Below are positions 9,278 through 18,114 of a DNA stretch of 31,174 nt, piece by piece. The position numbers and the translations under genes are program-made. Under the pieces are notes generated by a model, which was not told the origin of the DNA, did no database searches, and saw only the letters and a program-made list of their open reading frames with translations. How positions within the stretch are numbered: position 1 is the first letter of the stretch; each line of letters starts with the position of its first letter. Source of the DNA: a virus (lineage: Duplodnaviria > Caudoviricetes); the IMG/VR virus record IMGVR_UViG_3300048856_000008, positions 1 to 31,174 of that record; one strand, given 5' to 3'.

Positions 9278-9742
9278 TCATTCCTTTAATCGGACCACCT
9301 CAAAGAACGGGTGATCGCCTGGGCCGAGGCCCTTGGTGATGTTGATGAATTTGAAGCCACACCAGCGAAGCCAGCGGTGATGCACCGTATTTCGGCAATC
9401 GGTGTAGTTCATGAGGAGCTGGTATTTCTCGTGGAAGCGGTCCACGAAAGGCCGGGTCTTCCTGAGGAAGTCCGTCCGGTGCTTGTTGATGTCATCGCTG
9501 GCAAGAAGCCAAATGCACCCCACCATTGGGGAGGCAGGGTGCGGCGCGGTGCCAAACATCAGGACGGCCTTGCCTTCCTCATCGATAGCGGTGAAGCAAC
9601 CATCAGGTGACCTCAGGCCGTCCATCAGGCTCTCCTCCATGGAGACCCCACCTGCGGCCAGCACCTCCTCAACATCCTCCTTGCGGAGTCGAGGCGCCAG
9701 ATAGGCGGCATCCTCGGGTGTCGAGGGTCGAGCTGAAAGCAT
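9278..9742 (-). CDS. gp13: Internal virion protein A (gp13-like, GNAT-like fold)
   Basis: LAPRLRKEDVEEV...WLL...LMNY...N..H.RWLRWCGF; start reassigned to ATG 9742 just after the gp12 stop. Confidence 0.8.
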   Translation of the reverse strand: MLSARPSTPEDAAYLAPRLRKEDVEEVLAAGGVSMEESLMDGLRSPDGCFTAIDEEGKAVLMFGTAPHPASPMVGCIWLLASDDINKHRTDFLRKTRPFVDRFHEKYQLLMNYTDCRNTVHHRWLRWCGFKFINITKGLGPGDHPFFEVVRLKE

Positions 9743-9743
9743 G

Positions 9744-12110
9744 CTAGGTTCTCCTGGAACGGATGATGAAGGTCGCCTCCCACTCGGCTGAGAGGAGAGC
9801 GCAGGGAAGCGGCGTGTCGTTGATGATCTCGATCTTGGTGTCCTCGTTCCTCCCCGAGATCGCGAAGCGGTGGCGACCCTGCTCAAGAGAGGGCTGGCCG
9901 AGGATGTTATGTCCGGAGCCCAGGACGCGGCCTGAGAAGATCGAGCGGAAGGTATCCCGCTGCATCGGCGTGACCTCGGCGCGGAAATAACCGGTGTCGT
10001 TGTAGGTGATGATCATCCGCCGAAGCTGCATGCGTCCAGCGCCGACCGTCATCTGACCACCGCCTAACGCCTCCTCCTTGATCACCAGCTTCGAGAAGGT
10101 GTAGCGGAACTCATAAGAGCGCCCGATGATGAACTTCGTCACCTTCCCGTTCACGACAAAGGCGTTGCTCGCCCAGGTCGCCGGGATGATCTGACCACGC
10201 CGGTATGGGCCTTCATCCTGGCCGATGATCTGGAACTGTGATGGGGTGTCCACGGTGTACGGAAGGGTAATCCTCGTGGTGTCCGAAGGCGCGTCATAGG
10301 TGACTACGCACTGGCCTGCTTCCGCTCGCTGGTCGAGGAGGAACATAAACGGGATACCCTCGTCAAAGCGTCCAGCCTCTAGGCTGATCACCTCGAAGAC
10401 GACTTGGCCATTTCGCTCCACCAGCATCCATAGATCGCTCTCGATGAAGTCCACATAGAGTATCTTCGAGCCCGGTGGGAGCGTCCACTTCGACCACGCG
10501 GACTGTAGTTTCTCAAGCTCCTGCCAGTAGTATTTGTAGACGTAGAGGGCGTTGGGTTCCTTCGGCGTGAGCGCCACTAGGACATCCTCATTTGAGCTTG
10601 CGGCTAGCTTCGTGACGCCCCCAGGGATGTACTTAGGAACGTGAGCGGTGATGTCCGAGGCGTCATTCGTCTTGGTCTCCCCATCCACGTAATATTCCCG
10701 GATGCCGGAATAGGTCCCCTTGTTCATGGCAAAATAGACGTTGCGCCCTGCCCCCACCGGCTTAGCCAGAAGAGATGCCTGGAACTCGGTGGTCTGGTTG
10801 ATCGAGATCGTGAACGGGGTGAGCATGTCCGACGCACCAAGCATGAACTGGGTCTGATCGGAGAAGAGCAGCAGCGTTTCATTGAACGGAATCGCATGCC
10901 GGATAATGGATACCTTGGAATGGCTCACGGCCACGTCGATGGTGTCGGTGTCGAGGAGCTGGGTTGCCGAGGAGCGCCAAAAGCAGAAGAACTCACCCGA
11001 CCGGGAGAACACAACGTTCTCGTCAGCGACAAGACCGAGGCGGTTCCGATGGAAGAAGAGGTCATTCAACTGCTTCCCCACGAATGAAGGCGGGGGAATA
11101 TTGTCGGCATCACCTACCTTGCGCTCATCCCAGGGGATTTGCTCGAAAGAGAAGGTGCCATTGGCGAGGCGCTTAAGCGCATAGGGGAGCGTTCCGCCGT
11201 CAAGCTGGTATTGCTCACCACCCTTGTAGCTCTCCTTCCAGACGCCGGTTGCGTTACCACCGGTTGGGTTATCGTATTCGACCCAATAGTTGTCGAAGCT
11301 GGATGAGCTGTCCCCGCGGATTTCCACACGGAAGCCATGGACGGACCTAGCCGGGAGGTCAGTGAACCGCTGGACATAGTCCTTGCAAACCTTGATGCCC
11401 TGGTCGCCCAAGCCGTCCTTGGTTTCCACGGTGAAGTCGGTGTTCGTCTTCCGGACCACATGGAGGGTGGAGCCGTGGAGATACAGGTTATAGCTCGCGG
11501 TGAACGTCGCATCAGCGTTGAACTGATTGAGGAGCTGGTTCGCGATATAGTCTGTAGCCACCTGCTCGGCATGAGCGGCTGTCGAGCCGTCCGGTGTCTT
11601 GAATGTCTTCGAGATGCCGCCAATGGTGAGGGTATAGTTCAGGCCATAGGCCCCCTGGCGAACCCATACCAACGCTTCCCGTTGACGGGTAGGCGTGAGG
11701 GTTGATTTCATCTGGACGGTCACGGCCTTGTTGAGAAGGAACGTGTAGTCAGCCACCGTTACGGCGGTGAAGTGCTCATCGGGCGTGGCCGAGTTGAGGT
11801 AGGTCGTCCCGTTGGGGAACGCCACGGTGATCTCTGAGCCGTCCATTCGGAAGACCCTGAGGTTCCCGTTCGTGGCCACCACGACATACCGTTCGTTCAC
11901 GTCGCGGTTGATGGTGTGAATGTAGGCGCGGCCCAGGGGCGTGTCGCTGATCTTGGCGATGAACCGGGCCGGTGGGCGCTTCTTGAGACCCTCGACCACG
12001 GAGCTATAGCCGTTGAGCTGGGCTTCGGCCTGAGAGGAGAGCCGCAGGGAGTACGGCTGCTGGGAGACCCCATTGATGAGGTTCGGGATAGTCGAGCTGA
12101 TCAATGTCAT
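9744..12110 (-). CDS. gp12: Tail tubular protein B (gp12)
   Basis: ISSTIPNLINGVSQQP, GLKKRP, PSFVG...FFHRNRLG, QSAWSKW motifs. Confidence 0.95.
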   Translation of the reverse strand: MTLISSTIPNLINGVSQQPYSLRLSSQAEAQLNGYSSVVEGLKKRPPARFIAKISDTPLGRAYIHTINRDVNERYVVVATNGNLRVFRMDGSEITVAFPNGTTYLNSATPDEHFTAVTVADYTFLLNKAVTVQMKSTLTPTRQREALVWVRQGAYGLNYTLTIGGISKTFKTPDGSTAAHAEQVATDYIANQLLNQFNADATFTASYNLYLHGSTLHVVRKTNTDFTVETKDGLGDQGIKVCKDYVQRFTDLPARSVHGFRVEIRGDSSSSFDNYWVEYDNPTGGNATGVWKESYKGGEQYQLDGGTLPYALKRLANGTFSFEQIPWDERKVGDADNIPPPSFVGKQLNDLFFHRNRLGLVADENVVFSRSGEFFCFWRSSATQLLDTDTIDVAVSHSKVSIIRHAIPFNETLLLFSDQTQFMLGASDMLTPFTISINQTTEFQASLLAKPVGAGRNVYFAMNKGTYSGIREYYVDGETKTNDASDITAHVPKYIPGGVTKLAASSNEDVLVALTPKEPNALYVYKYYWQELEKLQSAWSKWTLPPGSKILYVDFIESDLWMLVERNGQVVFEVISLEAGRFDEGIPFMFLLDQRAEAGQCVVTYDAPSDTTRITLPYTVDTPSQFQIIGQDEGPYRRGQIIPATWASNAFVVNGKVTKFIIGRSYEFRYTFSKLVIKEEALGGGQMTVGAGRMQLRRMIITYNDTGYFRAEVTPMQRDTFRSIFSGRVLGSGHNILGQPSLEQGRHRFAISGRNEDTKIEIINDTPLPCALLSAEWEATFIIRSRRT

Positions 12111-12688
12111 CGGGAGGTGACCTCACCGATGAAGGAGTTGTCCAGGATATTGAGATCAGCGGTTTCCCCCTCGGCATCCTCCAGGGCGAACAAGGCCATC
12201 TGCTCATCCCGCAGGGAGAAGTTGGAGAGCAGCTCGGAGCCGATCTGGCCTTCCTGGAAGCGGCGACCGGCCTTGATGGTGATGTAGGTACGCGCTGCTT
12301 CCGGTAGCTCCTCGAAGGGGAGCAGGAAGACGATCTCGACCTTCACCGTCTTGCCGATCTCGAAGGTATGGTTCCTGCGGTCATAGAGCCGCTGCCCACG
12401 GACGACGAGATCGAGGCTCTTGTCAGCCCCCGTGGTGTCCACCTTGAGGGTGTTCCGGGGGAGCTTGATCTCACCCTCGGGATATGAGGGGGCAATCGGG
12501 TAGTCTTCTTCGGTGTTCCAGTGCCAGCCCTTGAGCTGGACCGCTCGGTTGACTGCGGAGAGGGCCTGGAGCGCCATCACAGCGTCGATGACGCCGCTGT
12601 CCTCCACGCTGTTGACTGGAGGTTCGCCAATGGTGGCGATGATCTGGTTCACAGCTTCGAGGACCGTAGTGGGGGTATCTGCCAGCAT
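12107..12688 (-). CDS. gp11: Tail tubular protein A (gp11)
   Basis: LEAVNQIIATIGEPPV, GWHWNTE, LPFEELPEAARTYI motifs. Confidence 0.95.
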   Translation of the reverse strand: MLADTPTTVLEAVNQIIATIGEPPVNSVEDSGVIDAVMALQALSAVNRAVQLKGWHWNTEEDYPIAPSYPEGEIKLPRNTLKVDTTGADKSLDLVVRGQRLYDRRNHTFEIGKTVKVEIVFLLPFEELPEAARTYITIKAGRRFQEGQIGSELLSNFSLRDEQMALFALEDAEGETADLNILDNSFIGEVTSR

Positions 12689-12712
12689 GGGCGGGCCTCC
12701 GGTCGATAGATG

Positions 12713-12745
12713 AAAAAAAGGGGAGCAAGCCGAAGCTCACTCCCC
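12713..12745 (-). terminator. T-phi-like terminator after major capsid gene
   Basis: Minus strand GGGGAGTGAGC-TTCG-GCTTGCTCCCC-TTTTTTT at the T7 T-phi position. Confidence 0.9.
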
Positions 12746-12782
12746 AAGTTGACGGTGGATATCTATCCGTACGTGGATAGGA

Positions 12783-13754
12783 TTAGGCGGCAGAACGCAC
12801 TTCGATGGAAGCCTGCGGGCGCAGGATGCCATGGCCTACGGCGTACTTCGAGATAACGAAGTGAGCCTGACGGCGCGGGTCGTAACCGGCGTCGAGGCCG
12901 AGATCGAGCAGCTTGACCGTACCGACCGCCTGCTTCTGCATGACGAGCATTGCCGTCTTGGAGAAGTCGCCAGCGTAACGGGCCGGTTCACCACCAGCCT
13001 CGACACCTGCTTCGATGAGGGTGCTGGGCAGGTTGTTGGTCTTGACGATCTCGATACCGGCTACGCGGTAGACCTTGCCGTCCGAGTACGCACCAGCGCC
13101 ACCGAAGTCGCGGTTGATGGTCTTCTCGGCCTGGACCAGCTTGTAATACTGGGCCGGACGGACGAAGGCGTAGCGGTCTTCTTCCGGAACGTCCTTCTCA
13201 TCGAACTTCTGCGCAGCAGCGAAGAGAGCAGCGGCGAGATGGTCACCGTTGGCGAGGAAGTCAGCCGACTGGGGCATGCCGCTTTCGGTCGGAAGAACAA
13301 CGGAACCACCCGGAAGGCCCGAGACCGCGTTAGCGGCACGAGCTGCCAGGACGCCGACCTGGAGGATATGACGGTCCATGACCTGGGCGAGCTTGCGGCC
13401 CTGCTCGGTCGTCACGATGGAACGCATGTCGTAGTGGTTCTTCGCTTCATCGATGTTCGCGAAGTAGGCATCCGAGACCAGGAGGTCATCGATATGGATG
13501 AGGACTTCGTTCTGGTTCACCTTCTGGCCCAGCAGCTCCGCACCCGGAGTATGGTAGAAGGCGTCGATGAGGCCGGTCGCCGGGAAGGCAGCGGACTTGC
13601 CCGAAGAGATGGAACGGGTCATGTGGCGGTCAGCCATCACCGTCGCCTTCTCAAAGGCCGTCAGAACTTCACCGGCATAGATCTTTGCGAAAGTCGCATC
13701 GACGGAACCGGCACCGTTGATCTGGCCAAGGCGCGTGATATTTGCATCAGTCAT
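12783..13754 (-). CDS. gp10: Major capsid protein (gp10A-like)
   Basis: GEVLTAF, RSISSGKSAAFP, IDDLL, IDEAKNHYDMRS, GHGILRP motifs; start reassigned to ATG 13754 (AGGA RBS). Confidence 0.97.
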   Translation of the reverse strand: MTDANITRLGQINGAGSVDATFAKIYAGEVLTAFEKATVMADRHMTRSISSGKSAAFPATGLIDAFYHTPGAELLGQKVNQNEVLIHIDDLLVSDAYFANIDEAKNHYDMRSIVTTEQGRKLAQVMDRHILQVGVLAARAANAVSGLPGGSVVLPTESGMPQSADFLANGDHLAAALFAAAQKFDEKDVPEEDRYAFVRPAQYYKLVQAEKTINRDFGGAGAYSDGKVYRVAGIEIVKTNNLPSTLIEAGVEAGGEPARYAGDFSKTAMLVMQKQAVGTVKLLDLGLDAGYDPRRQAHFVISKYAVGHGILRPQASIEVRSAA

Positions 13755-13956
13755 TTTGGATTTCCTGTGATGAGCTTGGAAGTTGATCAGGCTGTCCAGC
13801 GAACTCGTCACAAGCAGAGCCAAGGTTATCCTCCGCAGAGGGCAATGGGTCGGCGTGTGTTGTTCTCGGGATTTACCTTTGCGTCACCGCGCATATCTTT
13901 GAGCGCAGTGTGACTAGCTTCATCATCAGGATGGAGACCGGCCCGAAGGCCGATCT
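13755..13956 (-). ncRNA. Putative structured cis-acting leader RNA upstream of the capsid gene
   Basis: About 200-nt non-coding gap with three hairpins: AGATCGGCC-TTCG-GGCCGGTCT; GTCACACTGCGC..GCGCGGTGAC; TTGCCCTC-TGCG-GAGGATAA extended by GCCGA/TTGGC. Confidence 0.5.
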
Positions 13957-14176
13957 ATTTCTTGCAGAACCTCTCCCACTTCAAATTGTAGGAAAAGACT
14001 TCTCTTTGGGTTCCCTCGGTATCGGCTTCATGCCAACTCAAGGGTTTGGCTATGGAGCAGAACGAGGGTTCAGGGGGTGGACCGCTGGTAGTCGCGCATC
14101 CGCTCGCGGAGAGCATCAAGCTCGCCAGTAAGAGCATCAGCGTCGATCTGGTCAGCAGTTTCCTTAGCTGCCTCAT
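13955..14176 (-). CDS. o-spanin (Rz1-like lipoprotein)
   Basis: Basic N-terminus, hydrophobic stretch, lipobox ASG-C, Pro-rich linker, two further Cys; overlaps the i-spanin 3' end in another frame; AGGAG RBS. Confidence 0.8.
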   Translation of the reverse strand: MRQLRKLLTRSTLMLLLASLMLSASGCATTSGPPPEPSFCSIAKPLSWHEADTEGTQREVFSYNLKWERFCKK

Positions 14177-14303
14177 TGATTTGCTCCTGGGCTTCACGAA
14201 CCTCATCCCTGCCCTCCTCACGGAGCCGGGTTTCGCGGTACGTCTCAAGGAGACGCAGAACGATATTCAGGATGAGAGTGAGGAGGGAAAAGGCTGTGGT
14301 CAT
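14070..14303 (-). CDS. i-spanin (Rz-like)
   Basis: N-terminal TM helix followed by a charged coiled coil; overlapped by the lipoprotein gene. Confidence 0.75.
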   Translation of the reverse strand: MTTAFSLLTLILNIVLRLLETYRETRLREEGRDEVREAQEQINEAAKETADQIDADALTGELDALRERMRDYQRSTP

Positions 14304-14503
14304 TAGGTCTTAGCCTTGACCTCGGGCTTCTTGGCCAGGACCGAGGCGAGAACCTCAGCGACCTTGTAAGCCTTTGCCAGGACTGCATCGTCCTTCGGCG
14401 TGGGGGTGAGCTTCACGATCAGGGCGGCAAGAGCCAGGACTGCGAAGACGATGTTGAGTAGCTCGCTGGCGTTAGCGACTACCCAGGCGAATACGTCTGC
14501 CAT
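14303..14503 (-). CDS. Putative holin
   Basis: 66 aa, TM helix followed by TPTPKDD, basic C-terminus; coupled to the spanin pair. Confidence 0.65.
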   Translation of the reverse strand: MADVFAWVVANASELLNIVFAVLALAALIVKLTPTPKDDAVLAKAYKVAEVLASVLAKKPEVKAKT

Positions 14504-14518
14504 GGGTTTCCTTTCGGG

Positions 14519-15313
14519 TTAGAAGACGTTCGAACGCCCGATCTTTGCCTGGACATCAGCACGGTAGGCTGCATCCTTGGCATAGCGGGGGTCGGACATT
14601 GCTGCGGTGATTTCTGCGGTGGACCGGAAGGCATCGCCCTGGTCATCGCCGTTGCCGCCATTGAGGAGGCTCGGCTCGTCACCGACTGCGGACTTGTACT
14701 TGGCCTGGAGGCCGGTGATCGCAAGCTTGATGCTATCGACATCGCCGCCGTCCATGACCTTGTTGAACGCGGTGATTTCCTGCTTCGACATATTGGAAGC
14801 AGCCCAGCCGACCATCTGGCTGTAGCCTTCGGCACCGCCGAACTGGCCCTGGATATCGGTGATCATCGCCTGGGCCTGGGCTTCCTGGCCAGCGATGTAG
14901 GCATCCACGATCTCCTTCGGCACACCGGCTTTTTCCAGTGCGTCGTAGGTCGCGGTGGAGAGTTCGCCGTTCTGTGCGTACTCGGTCGAGAAGGCGTTGA
15001 AGTCGAGACCCATAGCTTCGACCTGAGCCTGGGCTTCCTGGGCACTGGCCGGGACTTCCGGAGTACCCTCAGGCTTGCCGCCTTGCTTGGCCTCAAGGGC
15101 AGCATAGGCATCGGCCATGGCCTTCATCGGGTCTTCGGCGGAACGGAACTTCTCCGGAACCCAGTCCGGGATTTCCTTCGCACCAGCGGCGGGAGCTGCC
15201 GGTTGCTCACTTGACGGCGGCGTCAGAGCTGCATCGGCCTTGGCGAGCATAGCAGCTTCGTGGCCTTCGGGTGCGTTTACCGGCATTGCATTTGAAGTGG
15301 ATGGGGTCGTCAT
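14519..15313 (-). CDS. gp9: Capsid assembly scaffold protein (gp9-like)
   Basis: PEKF, GELS..TY..L, GG.EGY..MVGWA, AMSDPRYAKDAAYR motifs; start at ATG 15313. Confidence 0.93.
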   Translation of the reverse strand: MTTPSTSNAMPVNAPEGHEAAMLAKADAALTPPSSEQPAAPAAGAKEIPDWVPEKFRSAEDPMKAMADAYAALEAKQGGKPEGTPEVPASAQEAQAQVEAMGLDFNAFSTEYAQNGELSTATYDALEKAGVPKEIVDAYIAGQEAQAQAMITDIQGQFGGAEGYSQMVGWAASNMSKQEITAFNKVMDGGDVDSIKLAITGLQAKYKSAVGDEPSLLNGGNGDDQGDAFRSTAEITAAMSDPRYAKDAAYRADVQAKIGRSNVF

Positions 15314-15537
15314 CAATAGTCCACGATGGTGAAGCCCGTAGACCATGAGGTGCTGGTCGAGGGCGGGGTTACGATTTCGGGGGCAGGCTTGGGGGCCTCC
15401 TCCGTTTTCTTGGTTCGGACACGCTTCGGCTTCGGAGCTTCCACCGGGGCCACCTCAGCGGTGACCTCGGGAGAAACTACGGGTGTGGCCACGGGCGTCT
15501 CCGGTGTCGCCACTGGGGCGACCTCGGGGTTTTCCAT
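15313..15537 (-). CDS. Small Pro/Thr/Glu-rich protein between portal and scaffold
   Basis: AAGGA RBS, TGATG coupling to the scaffold gene. Confidence 0.75.
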   Translation of the reverse strand: MENPEVAPVATPETPVATPVVSPEVTAEVAPVEAPKPKRVRTKKTEEAPKPAPEIVTPPSTSTSWSTGFTIVDY

Positions 15538-15540
15538 GGG

Positions 15541-17082
15541 TTATCCTTGGGCTTCTGGTTTGAGCTGGTCGCGGACGGCTCCAGCCATTTCCGGGACGAA
15601 CTGAGATGCCATCGCCTGCATCTGCTTCTGCTGGCGGGCCTGTTGAACTTCCTGATCGGAGCGGACAAGGCCGGTGGCTTCGATGCCGATGGCGGTTGCT
15701 GCTCGCTTGATGTAGTCGCTCACGTTCAGGTACTCGGCAATCACCTCCGGACCCAACGGGGCAAGGCGCTGGAGTAGGCTGTCGAGCTTCATCTGATCAT
15801 GACCACGGCCAAGGGCTTCGAGGCCCGTGGTGATCGCTGGCTTCACCACACCCGAGGGAAGCGTGGGGAGTTTCCCGGTGCGCTCCAGGGAGAACATGAT
15901 GCGAGACACGAGTGGGAGCTGGAACTCCTGGGACAGGATGGAATAGACGCCACCCAGGGCATCCTCCAGCTCGCCCGCCATGTAGCGGATTTCCTCGGCG
16001 GTCACTCGCTCACCTGACCGCTGGATAGCGGAGTTGAGGAGGAAGGCCATGGCAAGCCGCTGGCTGATCTCGCTCATCGTCTCTTTGGCGATGCGGAAGT
16101 CAGCGTACTTGTCGAGCTGGAGGAAGGTAACATCGGAAGCATCACCGGAACGGACGGCACCATTCGGAGCCTCGGCAATGGTCTTCTTGCTGGTGGTGCC
16201 ATTCGGCTTGACCAGGATGAGGATTTTGGCGGCGGCTGCGGAGCCTTCGACAATCGCCTTCGTCAGGACTTCTAGCGACTTGAGATCGCCATAGTATTCC
16301 TCGACGTAGCCACGGCCATAGTCTTCGCCGTCGATCTTGGTGAACCGGAGCGGAATCCAGGCAGACTTACCCTTAGGATAGCTGCCTTCCGTACCGGGAA
16401 CCTTGACGCTCTCGACCTCCTGGTAAATCCGCCATTGCCCGTTCACGAGCTTGACGTGGGTGTAGAGGTCCATGGTCTTATCTGCCGAGAGAGCATTGTT
16501 ATACTTCTGGCGGGCATTGGGACCGAGCTTCGATACAAACGCCGGGGGCAGCGTATCGGGAGCTACGGTTTCCTTGGTGATATGCTCCAGGACGTTACCC
16601 ATGGGGTCGCGCTTGACCACAAAACGGTCTAGCCGGAATGCCCTCATGCCACCCTCGGGAGGGAGATAGAGGAGGACGTTGCCGGAAATGATGAGCTGCT
16701 TCAACGCCTCAAAGGCGGTGACGCGGATAGCTGCTCCCTCGATCTGCGTCATCACGGCCCGCTCGACTTTGCCGAGGGCTTCCTCAACGAGCGCCTTCAT
16801 GCCTTCCTGCTTAGTGAGTTCTTCAATCGTGAAGTCGTCAATGAGCAGCCGGAAGATCGGAGCGTTCGGTGGGAAAAGTGCCAAGAGAAGCTTGGAAGCC
16901 AGGTTGTTGACGCCTCGTGCCCCGATGCCCTGGAATGGGGTCGGAAGAGATGCGTCACCGGAGTGGCCTTCGGGAGGAAGCAGCGTGGGAATGGTTAGTT
17001 TCGCTGCGCTTCGGGCTCTTGATAGGAACGGTTCACGCAGCCGCATGAGCTGCGAATAACGCGCAGCAGCGGTCTTTGCCAT
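15541..17082 (-). CDS. gp8: Portal / head-tail connector (gp8)
   Basis: GARGVNNLASKLLLALFP, GEDYGRGYVEEY, ERVTAEEIR, LGGVYSILSQEFQLPL. Confidence 0.97.
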   Translation of the reverse strand: MAKTAAARYSQLMRLREPFLSRARSAAKLTIPTLLPPEGHSGDASLPTPFQGIGARGVNNLASKLLLALFPPNAPIFRLLIDDFTIEELTKQEGMKALVEEALGKVERAVMTQIEGAAIRVTAFEALKQLIISGNVLLYLPPEGGMRAFRLDRFVVKRDPMGNVLEHITKETVAPDTLPPAFVSKLGPNARQKYNNALSADKTMDLYTHVKLVNGQWRIYQEVESVKVPGTEGSYPKGKSAWIPLRFTKIDGEDYGRGYVEEYYGDLKSLEVLTKAIVEGSAAAAKILILVKPNGTTSKKTIAEAPNGAVRSGDASDVTFLQLDKYADFRIAKETMSEISQRLAMAFLLNSAIQRSGERVTAEEIRYMAGELEDALGGVYSILSQEFQLPLVSRIMFSLERTGKLPTLPSGVVKPAITTGLEALGRGHDQMKLDSLLQRLAPLGPEVIAEYLNVSDYIKRAATAIGIEATGLVRSDQEVQQARQQKQMQAMASQFVPEMAGAVRDQLKPEAQG

Positions 17083-17092
17083 GTTAGGTTCC

Positions 17093-17311
17093 TTAGGCTT
17101 GCGGGATATTCAGCCCGGTAGCGCCGCCCGTGTTTCCAGCATCAAGCTTGATACGGAGCGAGTTGCGGCCCTTCTTGCGGGCCTTCTGGACGGATGTGTC
17201 GTTGTCTTCCTCGCGGACGACATCGCCCTGGGCCGTAGCAGCCGAGGGTGCAGGCGGGGCCGGAGCTGGGGCGGCTGGCTCGTTCTGCGGGGGTTTGGGG
17301 GTCTTGCACAT
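17093..17311 (-). CDS. Small virion assembly protein (gp6.7/gp7.3-like)
   Basis: MC start, Pro/Ala-rich, KKGRNSLRI...GLNIP motif immediately before portal. Confidence 0.7.
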   Translation of the reverse strand: MCKTPKPPQNEPAAPAPAPPAPSAATAQGDVVREEDNDTSVQKARKKGRNSLRIKLDAGNTGGATGLNIPQA

Positions 17312-17502
17312 TAGGGTGACCTTTTCAGGCGTCCCTTGTTCTGCTCCTCAAACTGGAAGCGGAGGAACTGGACCACCCTGCCTTCACCGGCCTTCGCCCA
17401 AAGCTCTCGCTCGGATTGCTTTAGGTCGGGGTAGGACGGCGGGAAGTTTTTCTCCAATTCCGTAAGCAGAACTTCGGGAATGGGTGGGAAGGATTGAGAC
17501 AT
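17311..17502 (-). CDS. Small hypothetical protein, first gene of the late unit
   Basis: GGAGG RBS right at the phage promoter +1; TAATG coupling to the next gene. Confidence 0.75.
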   Translation of the reverse strand: MSQSFPPIPEVLLTELEKNFPPSYPDLKQSERELWAKAGEGRVVQFLRFQFEEQNKGRLKRSP

Positions 17503-17516
17503 TGGAAGGTAGCCTC

Positions 17517-17534
17517 CTATGGTGGGCTGTAATC
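17517..17534 (-). promoter_or_regulatory. Phage RNAP promoter (late/structural unit)
   Basis: GATTACAGCCCACCATAG, aligns with T7 TAATACGACTCACTATAG and with three other copies. Confidence 0.85.
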
Positions 17535-18114
17535 AGAAGCGGGTAACCGCCTCCAATACTTGTTGCTCCAGGTCCGGGATGGTCCCGTCATTGATGAGCG
17601 CCTTGTCGAAGGCGTGATTGGAGAGCAAACCCTCAGAGGGATGATCGGAGACCGAGATTTCTACTCGTGGGTTGTAAACGCACCACGTCTCACCACCCAT
17701 CGCCTTGATGAGGTCGTACTCGTTCGGGAAGCGCATATCGTCAATGATCACGCGCTTGCCCCCATCGATCAGCTTGCGGACCTTTCGGCCAGCAATGGTA
17801 ATCCAGAGGTTTGTGTCGAGGGCCTTCCGGCCAGCCTCGGTGCCCATCACCTGCTGGATGCGGCGAGAGCTGAGAGCGTCGAAACCGTACTCGGCCAAGG
17901 ATGTCTCCTTGAGGTGACCTTCCAGGTAGTCCGGGAGTTGTTCTTCGGGGACGCCCATCTCCCGGAGGAACACGGCAGTGACCGCTTTCACGGGACCGGC
18001 GAACTTCACCAGGGAGAATCCCAGCCCCTCGATAAGGAACTGGGATGCGGTGGACTTCCCCATGCGGGATGCAGGCGAATAGAGCCCGATCAGGTTCGGG
18101 GTTTTGGAGACCAA
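17533..18114 (-). CDS. Deoxynucleoside monophosphate kinase
   Basis: IGLYS....GKST P-loop, FAGPVK, R.IQQVMGTE, IIDDMRFPNE, HPSE; TTG start. Confidence 0.88.
   Translation of the reverse strand: MVSKTPNLIGLYSPASRMGKSTASQFLIEGLGFSLVKFAGPVKAVTAVFLREMGVPEEQLPDYLEGHLKETSLAEYGFDALSSRRIQQVMGTEAGRKALDTNLWITIAGRKVRKLIDGGKRVIIDDMRFPNEYDLIKAMGGETWCVYNPRVEISVSDHPSEGLLSNHAFDKALINDGTIPDLEQQVLEAVTRF

Noticed and set aside
12690-12800. T7 10B-style frameshift extension of capsid
   Set aside because: No obvious slippery site, and the stop is followed by a palindrome and terminator with under 100 nt before gp11
12831-13913. 360-aa plus-strand ORF
   Set aside because: Shadow of the major capsid gene
13915-13932. 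CTGATGA on the minus strand suggesting a hammerhead ribozyme
   Set aside because: No following stem II-GAAA core could be built
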